Positions 35,862-41,871 of a stretch of 41,871 nucleotides of DNA are shown in pieces. Both the position numbers and the translations under genes were made by a program. The DNA lies in the IMG/VR virus record IMGVR_UViG_3300042923_001789, positions 1 to 41,871 of that record; one strand, given 5' to 3'. The DNA comes from a virus (Duplodnaviria > Caudoviricetes). The notes under the pieces were generated by a model. It did no database searches. It was given only the letters and a program-made list of their open reading frames with translations, and had not been told where the DNA came from. Numbering within the stretch: the stretch's first letter is position 1; each line of letters begins with the position of its first letter.

Positions 35862-36484
35862 TAACTCACCTTCTTGTCGCGCATTTTATTAATGTTTTCA
35901 AGTGCTTTGACATATTGTTCCGGAGATAGCTTTTCGATAGGAATATTAAAAAGTTTATCTGGATCAAGTCCTTTTTTTGCAACCAGTGACCTTAATACAT
36001 TGGCCTCATTAGTGGTTATTGCATTCTTTGGCTCGTCCTGTTCTGGAACATTATCGTATTTGGATTTGTCTTTTTCCCAATAAACATCTGCTCCAATTCC
36101 TAATTGTTTGCAAGCAACTGAAATAGCGTCGGTTGTAGCCATCTTATAACATTCATCAGAGACATAAGGCCCTCTACTCTCCTTGGCAACAAACATACTT
36201 CCACCAGTACCACAAATTGGCATAGACCATTTATCTTCATGTTTAACAAATAATTCGATATCAACAAATGCTGCCACTTCATCCCCATAAACCTCAGTCC
36301 ATTTTTTACTTACAGTGTAATACCATCCAATCCCACAAGGTCCAAATAACTCGGTCAGAGCTTTAATTCTCCACATGGGATTAATATCTGTCTTACCCTT
36401 CATTCTCCCGGCTACAATCTCTTTTTTTGCAGTTTCCGGTACTGCTCTGTGTTGATTGTATATTTTTAAATTTTCCATGGGCAC
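35861..36484 (-). CDS. Rad52/Sak-like single-strand annealing protein
   Basis: INPMWRIKALTELFGPCGIGW, KMATTDA, LGIGADVY. Confidence 0.75.
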   Translation of the reverse strand: MPMENLKIYNQHRAVPETAKKEIVAGRMKGKTDINPMWRIKALTELFGPCGIGWYYTVSKKWTEVYGDEVAAFVDIELFVKHEDKWSMPICGTGGSMFVAKESRGPYVSDECYKMATTDAISVACKQLGIGADVYWEKDKSKYDNVPEQDEPKNAITTNEANVLRSLVAKKGLDPDKLFNIPIEKLSPEQYVKALENINKMRDKKVS

Positions 36485-36487
36485 CTC

Positions 36488-37453
36488 CTATAACTGGAAG
36501 AACATAACACCTATACTATTTAAATACATTTGAATTTGCTCATGCTCCTCAGATGTAGCAATAACGCTATATTGTTTAGTTTCAAGTTCAGACTCAGTGT
36601 TTTGTTGTTTGACAATCATAGCTTCACGTTCTGCCTTATCCTTGGCTTCTTGATCTGCTCTAGCTTTTGCCTCTGCATCTGCTTTGATACGTTCTTCTCT
36701 GGCTATAGCCTCGCGTTCTTCTCTGCGGATGCGTTCACGTTCTCTTTCAATCTCTTGCTCACGTTCTCGTTCCTGCTGTTCTTTCATTCTGAGTTCAATT
36801 TCTCTCTTTTGCTGTTCATAACGATTTATGAAATTGATGGAACTAGCTAAATCGAGACTATCGTAATATCTGTTTAGTGCTTCCTCGGCTTTCTCTGATT
36901 GCAAAGCCTTGATTGCAACTACTGAATTTCTAATATCATTTAATTTCTTTTCAATATCTTCTTTGATTGATTTTTTACTAGTAGTGGCATTTTCCCACTT
37001 GTTATCGTAAATCTTCTCGATTGAAATAAATTCGTAAAGATCACCAATAAGTTCAGCGAATATCTGATGTATCTCATTTACTCTTACAAGTCTTTGCTGA
37101 TCTTCAAACTCCTTAATCTGGTTATCAATTAATTTAACAGGCTCATTGATAATGTCGACCAGTTCACTTGCTTGCTTTTCGAATGCATCGTAAGGCTTAA
37201 TACATTCCTTTTTAACCTCTATTCGCTTGTCATTTACTGCCTTAATCATCTTTCTAAGAGTGGCAACATCTCTCTTACGCTCAGTCTTATTTTCCTCTGT
37301 AACTTCCAATTCTTTATATACTTCCATCTGTGCAGACAAGGCACATTTAACATCATCAAAATTTGTTGTAATTACCCCGGGTTGTTGATTAACAACGATC
37401 TGCAAATCATTCATTTTCTGTATCCTCCTATTCTCTATTTTCTTCTCGCTCAA
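36488..37453 (-). CDS. DUF1351-like coiled-coil protein
   Basis: RIEVKK...PY..FE...IDNQIKEFE, KWENAT; adjacent to the SSAP gene. Confidence 0.75.
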   Translation of the reverse strand: MSEKKIENRRIQKMNDLQIVVNQQPGVITTNFDDVKCALSAQMEVYKELEVTEENKTERKRDVATLRKMIKAVNDKRIEVKKECIKPYDAFEKQASELVDIINEPVKLIDNQIKEFEDQQRLVRVNEIHQIFAELIGDLYEFISIEKIYDNKWENATTSKKSIKEDIEKKLNDIRNSVVAIKALQSEKAEEALNRYYDSLDLASSINFINRYEQQKREIELRMKEQQEREREQEIERERERIRREEREAIAREERIKADAEAKARADQEAKDKAEREAMIVKQQNTESELETKQYSVIATSEEHEQIQMYLNSIGVMFFQL

Positions 37454-37515
37454 ACCGTTCTCTCAATCGCTCAAGCCTGTCCTGTTCATTGATTATGTAT
37501 TGACTTATGCTTTCG

Positions 37516-37710
37516 TTATCCCACATGGGCAGCCTCTAATAACTTAAGATACTTGTCCTCTCTACAAAGGACTTCTCCGTTGTCCCAAGCCACCCAAGGA
37601 CAATCACTATACTCAGCTACTGTTCCGGACATTCCTTTAGGGATACCTACAGTGGATTTTATATTAGTTACTCGGTCACCAATTTTGTATATCATTGTAT
37701 AGACCTCCAA
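37516..37710 (-). CDS. Small SH3/KOW-like hypothetical protein
   Basis: YKIGDRV...GTV...V.WDNG. Confidence 0.6.
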   Translation of the reverse strand: MEVYTMIYKIGDRVTNIKSTVGIPKGMSGTVAEYSDCPWVAWDNGEVLCREDKYLKLLEAAHVG

Positions 37711-37849
37711 ATTCTATTTGACCGTCACTTTCAACGGCTGTTAATTGTTCATACTTCTTTCTGAGCTGTTCCGATTTCTTAAAACAATCACATTGTTCTC
37801 CTGGATCCAGTGATGCACCACATGAGTAACAAGTACGGTAATAACTCAT
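37676..37849 (-). CDS. Small Zn-ribbon protein (57 aa, not in ORF track)
   Basis: MSYYRTCYSCGASLDPGEQCDC; GGAGG upstream. Confidence 0.7.
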   Translation of the reverse strand: MSYYRTCYSCGASLDPGEQCDCFKKSEQLRKKYEQLTAVESDGQIEFGGLYNDIQNW

Positions 37850-37852
37850 TTC

Positions 37853-38275
37853 CTAATCCTCCATGAATTTATCGATTACCTCCATGAATTTATCGATTAC
37901 CTTCATGCCACAACTCCGGCAAATCAAAACTCCATCCACATCCATTAGGCAGCTTTCATCATCCGTATTGCATATAGCACAATGCAAACTCACTCTCTTG
38001 ATACATACCTCTTCATTCTCAATATAGATATCAACTTTCTCATTCATTTCAAATCTAAGCGATCTGCGAACTTCCACAGGTATTGTGTATCTACCTAATG
38101 CGTCAAGCTTTCTTCCTCTTCCTACCTTAAGATGAATAACTTTATCAACAACAGTAAGATCAAGTGCTGTATCTTCGTGGATATCTAATGATTTTCTGTA
38201 ATCAATAGGGATGCAAACTCTACCCAAGATATCTAATTCTCTAACAATTCCTCTAATATTGCCTAAACTACTCAT
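37853..38275 (-). CDS. AbrB-family regulator with two AbrB domains and a C-terminal Zn finger
   Basis: GIVRELDILGRVCIP and RKLDALGRYTIPVEVRR; CAIC...CRSC. Confidence 0.85.
   Translation of the reverse strand: MSSLGNIRGIVRELDILGRVCIPIDYRKSLDIHEDTALDLTVVDKVIHLKVGRGRKLDALGRYTIPVEVRRSLRFEMNEKVDIYIENEEVCIKRVSLHCAICNTDDESCLMDVDGVLICRSCGMKVIDKFMEVIDKFMED
37858..37902. repeat. 21-bp perfect tandem duplication
   Basis: CCTCCATGAATTTATCGATTA twice; encodes VIDKFME-VIDKFME. Confidence 0.95.
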
Positions 38276-38476
38276 TGCACACTCTCCATTTCCGTGCTAT
38301 TATGCACTTAAGATATTTTTGTTGTGAGCTCTTTTGGAACGGCCATTCCTGGGAGCTCTTTTTCTTTTTGATGCACATTTAGGACATTCATAGCCTGTCC
38401 ATGGTATCTTTTGAAATCTGCTTATGCCCCATGGTTTATCACAACCCAAACATAAAACCATTCTCATAAATACCTC

Positions 38477-38644
38477 CTATCTATCTCCTCTGGAGAAGAA
38501 ATTCAACATGCGCTCCAAAATTGATGATCTGATACGTGAGCCACTTGTCTTGCTATAAGCTCTTACTGTATGTCTGCGGAATGCATTGTAATTCTTATTA
38601 GATGTCTTGTGACTTCTCTGTGCGTGTTTAACTCTGCCTGCCAT
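38477..38644 (-). CDS. Small basic protein (55 aa, not in ORF track)
   Basis: AGGAGG RBS; MAGRVKHAQRSHK... Confidence 0.65.
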   Translation of the reverse strand: MAGRVKHAQRSHKTSNKNYNAFRRHTVRAYSKTSGSRIRSSILERMLNFFSRGDR

Positions 38645-38657
38645 GTGGTTATTCCTC

Positions 38658-38930
38658 CTATTTTCTTATAATTCTTTTATAGATTTCGCTGTCTGGTTCG
38701 TTCGTTTCGTAAACTAATATGGCATCATCCCAATTGCTTTTACTATCTGGTCTACTGCACCATTCTGAGTATTTAACGAGTTCACCATTATCCAAAGTTA
38801 TGTAGGTTGATTTTCCATCATTATCTTCGTCAAATATCCTAATGTCTTCTATAAGGCTATCCTGTGCAAGCGAATAATAAAAACGGTTCTTACTTAACTG
38901 CTCTGCCATTATGCTTGTCCTCCTTCCCAA
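38658..38930 (-). CDS. Hypothetical protein
   Basis: Likely start MAEQL after AAGGAGG. Confidence 0.7.
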   Translation of the reverse strand: MGRRTSIMAEQLSKNRFYYSLAQDSLIEDIRIFDEDNDGKSTYITLDNGELVKYSEWCSRPDSKSNWDDAILVYETNEPDSEIYKRIIRK

Positions 38931-39109
38931 TAACGGTTAATTAGAATTACTGATACTGCTAAACCAATAAACCCAGGTATCCATCTTAAGATGGTATGTA
39001 AGATTGATATCTTGTTTAATTCAAGGCTCCCTCCGGTCCCTATTATGTATAAAAGTGATAATAGGAATAATAAGAATACTGAGAACTCAATGAGCTGCTG
39101 CTTCACCAA
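38909..39109 (-). CDS. Small two-TM membrane protein
   Basis: Two hydrophobic helices; TAAGGAGG RBS. Confidence 0.7.
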   Translation of the reverse strand: MVKQQLIEFSVFLLFLLSLLYIIGTGGSLELNKISILHTILRWIPGFIGLAVSVILINRYWEGGQA

Positions 39110-39825
39110 CTTGTCCTCCTTATAAATTCATCTGAGCATTGCAATTCATAATCTCTAATTTCGTATTCATGCATGGCTCCCAATGTGCTAGATAAAAAAA
39201 CTGCATCTTCAAACTTTAACTTTGGTGTATTGTTCCGGCTGTTGACATTGAAGTATTTCTGGAAGTCTTTATTACATTCGCTGAATACTTTCTTTGCCAT
39301 TTCGTGATAAGCATTACTTTCTTTACCGCCTAGCCAATGGATTACAATTGAATTGGTTCTTTCTTTAAGGACCAACTGCTGACCGTAGTCTATAGTCATG
39401 TTGTTTTCGAGTTTTATTACTCGGCTGTCGGTCTCATTAACGTGCTGCATGATGATCTGTATCTTTTTATCGTGCATTAGTAAAGCTTTCATTTCATCGG
39501 AAAGACCCTCGAGTATTCCGGATTGAATTGTTTCTTCCATGTCATGGAATTTTTCTATGTATTTAGCTGTGAAAACTGCTCCCTTTGTGCCCGTGAGCTT
39601 ATTGCCTATGAACTCGCATCCCTTCTTTGTAACTAGATAGCAAGGCTGTTCTTTATTCTGCGAATTTATATATGTACTTTCTGTAAAGAAATCGGACTGG
39701 GCGATTTTCCCCTCTCCTAATTGCTCGGTATATCTGCGAATGTCTTTCAATAACTCGTTGTGTGGCTTGTCCACCATTTCTGCCACCTCTAATGATGTGA
39801 TGGTCTTTTGTTGTAGTTCGTTCAA
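39103..39825 (-). CDS. Rha-family regulator with ORF6C-like C-terminus; apparent frameshift near the 3' end
   Basis: ITSLEVAEMV.K.H..LLKDIR, YLVTKKGCE; T7 run at 39194-39200. Confidence 0.85.
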   Translation of the reverse strand: MNELQQKTITSLEVAEMVDKPHNELLKDIRRYTEQLGEGKIAQSDFFTESTYINSQNKEQPCYLVTKKGCEFIGNKLTGTKGAVFTAKYIEKFHDMEETIQSGILEGLSDEMKALLMHDKKIQIIMQHVNETDSRVIKLENNMTIDYGQQLVLKERTNSIVIHWLGGKESNAYHEMAKKVFSECNKDFQKYFNVNSRNNTPKLKFEDAVFLSSTLGAMHEYEIRDYELQCSDEFIRRTSW

Positions 39826-39838
39826 TTACTTTCTCCTT

Positions 39839-40018
39839 TCATTCTTTGTATTCTTTACTGCGATCTAATAGAAATTGCTTAAAATCATCTTCATCCACCA
39901 TCCAACTCTTACCTGCTTTAAATGCTGGTGAATTTTTCGTTTTGAACAATTGAAGTACAGTGGTAGGTGACTTTATACCAAATCTAACCATTACTTCTTG
40001 GGTAGATAATGCTGCCAT
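39839..40018 (-). CDS. xis: Excisionase-like HTH protein (59 aa, not in ORF track)
   Basis: LSTQEVMVRFGI...PAFKAGKSWMV; GAGGTGA RBS; follows cro. Confidence 0.7.
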   Translation of the reverse strand: MAALSTQEVMVRFGIKSPTTVLQLFKTKNSPAFKAGKSWMVDEDDFKQFLLDRSKEYKE

Positions 40019-40038
40019 TTATTTCACCTCTTTCATTG

Positions 40039-40055
40039 GTAACTTGTTAAGTTAC
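40039..40055. promoter_or_regulatory. Operator palindrome downstream of cro
   Basis: GTAACTTGTTAAGTTAC, identical to 40278-40294. Confidence 0.85.
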
Positions 40056-40058
40056 TTG

Positions 40059-40253
40059 TTATGCAAAAAAAATATCAATTGGGTTTTCAATATGTAATTC
40101 TTCAATCATAATTTTAATTTCATCACTGCCAAATACACCGGCTTTCATTTTTAAGTAAAACGTCTTAGGTGTCATATTCATTTTCTTGGCTAGCTTTGAT
40201 TGAGACAACCCGTTCTTTGCGATTAATCCTCGAAGCTCGTCCGTTTTAACCAT
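40059..40253 (-). CDS. cro: Cro-like HTH protein
   Basis: 64 aa XRE-like, divergent from the repressor, AAGGAGG RBS. Confidence 0.85.
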   Translation of the reverse strand: MVKTDELRGLIAKNGLSQSKLAKKMNMTPKTFYLKMKAGVFGSDEIKIMIEELHIENPIDIFFA

Positions 40254-40277
40254 CCATATTTTCCTCCTTTCGTTTTG

Positions 40278-40366
40278 GTAACTTGTTAAGTTACTTTCAT
40301 TATATCACAATAAAGTAACTTGTCAAGTCATTTTTTCATTGACTTGAAACTTTTTTGTGTTATAAT
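40278..40366. promoter_or_regulatory. Genetic switch: divergent promoters and operators
   Basis: Operators at 40278-40294 and 40315-40331 (GTAACTTGTCAAGTCAT); leftward TTGACA-N16-TATAAT (40326-40299); rightward TTGACT-N16-TATAAT (40339-40366); both with TG extension. Confidence 0.85.
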
Positions 40367-40397
40367 GAAAATACTTATAAAAGGAGGTTATTTACCA

Positions 40398-40736
40398 ATG
40401 ACCATAGGTGATAGAATAAAATTTTTAAGAGAGAAGCGTGGTATAACACAAGATGAATTAAGTAAAAGCATTTCATCTTCCAAGCAAACAATTTACAAAT
40501 ATGAGAATAATATCATAACTAATATTCCGTCAGATAATATATCTAAATTAGCTAATGCGTTATTAACAACACCAGGTTACTTGATGGGATGGACAGACGA
40601 AATACTGAATGAACCCATAGATAATAATGAATTACAAGGAATATTCGATTTATTAAATGTGCTAAACGAGACCGGGATTTCAAAAGTAAAAGATTACATT
40701 ACTGATCTATCAATTAACCCAACTTACAAAAAATAA
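40398..40736 (+). CDS. CI-like XRE repressor, 112 aa, no S24 autopeptidase domain
   Basis: IGDRIKFLREKRGITQDEL...KQTIYKYE...TPGYLMGW; AAGGAGG before ATG 40398. Confidence 0.9.
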   Translation: MTIGDRIKFLREKRGITQDELSKSISSSKQTIYKYENNIITNIPSDNISKLANALLTTPGYLMGWTDEILNEPIDNNELQGIFDLLNVLNETGISKVKDYITDLSINPTYKK

Positions 40737-40749
40737 AAAGGATGATAAT

Positions 40750-41871
40750 ATGCCAAAAAAGAGAGCGGACGGCAGATATGCCAGACAAATAACCATCGGG
40801 AAAGATAACAGTACTGGTAAACCAATAAAGAAAACCATTTATGGGAAAACCATAAAGGAGCTAGACCAAAACGAAAGAGAATTCAGAAACTTATTAGAAA
40901 AAGGGTTATCTACCGCAACGGATAATATTACTGTAGATACTCTTATTGATATTTGGTTAAAATCTAAAAAGACATCAGTTTCAAAAAGTTCTATGCAGCA
41001 AATATCTACCCAAACAAGAAAACTATCGTCTTATATTGGAAAAATGAAAGTAAAAGATGTAAAATTGTTTCATATTGAAAACATAATCAATGAATTAAGT
41101 GAAAATGTTAGCAATGTAACTATAAATTTATTCTTGATAAGAGTTAAAGAAATTTTTAAATATGCATGCGAAAAAGATATGATCTATAAATCCCCTGCTC
41201 AGTTCGTTAAACTATTAAAGACCGGTGAAAGTAAAAAAAGAGCAATGACGGAACATGAAAAGTCACTATTTGATATAGCCGATTTTACAGATATGCAATA
41301 TTGTTTCTTAAATATTTTACGTTATACCGGCATGAGAAAAGGCGAAGTTTTGGCACTCACAAGGCAAGATATAGACTTATCAAATAAAAAGATATCAGTA
41401 TGTAAAACTGTTATTGATAATAGCGGCAAGCCTTATATTAAACAGTCAACTAAAACAGATAGTCAAAGGACTATACCAATATTAGAACCTTTATATCCTA
41501 TAATCAAAGAATATTGTGATAATAGAATCGGTTTATTATTCCCAAATGGCAAAGGCAAGCCTATAAGTAATCAATCGTTTAATTATATTTGGGAAGATAT
41601 AATCAAACGATTAACTATTGCAAACGAGAACAAAACTATTCCGGATGGCATTACACCTCATTTATTCAGACACACATTTGCATCCGATTTGTATGATGCA
41701 GGTATAGATATTAAGAGAGCTCAATATATGTTGGGACATAAGAATATTAAAACTACACTTGATGTTTATACCCATTTTGATAAAAATAAAGTTAAAGCAG
41801 ATGAAATGAATAGTTATTACAGACAGTCAAAAGACAGTCAGCTTGTCAACTTTGGTAAGCAAAACGCCTAA
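40750..41871 (+). CDS. int: Tyrosine integrase
   Basis: N-terminal arm-binding domain (KRADGRY...IYGKT); TGMRKGE, HLFRHT, LGH, VYTH catalytic motifs. Confidence 0.96.
   Translation: MPKKRADGRYARQITIGKDNSTGKPIKKTIYGKTIKELDQNEREFRNLLEKGLSTATDNITVDTLIDIWLKSKKTSVSKSSMQQISTQTRKLSSYIGKMKVKDVKLFHIENIINELSENVSNVTINLFLIRVKEIFKYACEKDMIYKSPAQFVKLLKTGESKKRAMTEHEKSLFDIADFTDMQYCFLNILRYTGMRKGEVLALTRQDIDLSNKKISVCKTVIDNSGKPYIKQSTKTDSQRTIPILEPLYPIIKEYCDNRIGLLFPNGKGKPISNQSFNYIWEDIIKRLTIANENKTIPDGITPHLFRHTFASDLYDAGIDIKRAQYMLGHKNIKTTLDVYTHFDKNKVKADEMNSYYRQSKDSQLVNFGKQNA
41821..41840 (+). repeat. Two ACAGTCA repeats in the int 3' end; 19/20 match to 253-272
   Basis: AGACAGTCAAAAGACAGTCA vs AGACAGTCAAAAAACAGTCA. 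Confidence 0.8.

Larger units (their letters stand above)
1..41871. mobile_element. Temperate siphophage genome/prophage (HK97-type head, cos packaging, tyrosine integrase)
   Basis: Complete ordered modules: integrase-repressor-cro, replication, packaging, head, tail, lysis. Exact att boundaries not resolved. Confidence 0.95.

Noticed and set aside
1-41871. CRISPR array, tRNA or rRNA genes
   Set aside because: No repeat-spacer periodicity or recognisable tRNA/rRNA seen by eye; the 46-bp repeat has only two copies flanking a gene.

Overview
The window is an apparently complete temperate siphophage genome or prophage of about 41.9 kb from a low-GC Firmicute (Clostridia/Lachnospiraceae-like gene content, inferred). 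Read right to left: tyrosine integrase and short XRE repressor (+); divergent cro, xis, Rha/ORF6C gene, tandem-AbrB regulator, recombination and replication genes with an iteron origin; a DNA-modification cluster (circularly permuted C5-MTase, PAPS-reductase-like protein, Dam-type MTase); late activator; HNH/cos/terminase; HK97-type head; non-contractile tail; lysis (all -). Between lysis and the left end is a + strand accessory block: XRE, ParM-like actin ATPase, ParR-like adaptor, membrane FtsK/SpoIIIE ATPase, MOBC-like replication-relaxation nuclease and two membrane-anchored proteins. This partition/DNA-translocation module, with candidate parC, oriT-like repeats and a sporulation-sigma-like promoter, is the strongest candidate for an undescribed system. 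Other notable signals: the permuted, possibly multispecific MTase and its palindromic leader, two LexA-box promoters in a phage whose repressor lacks an autocleavage domain, a 46-bp repeat-bounded Dam cassette, and a homopolymer frameshift in the Rha/ORF6C gene. All family calls are by eye from motifs; no searches were run.
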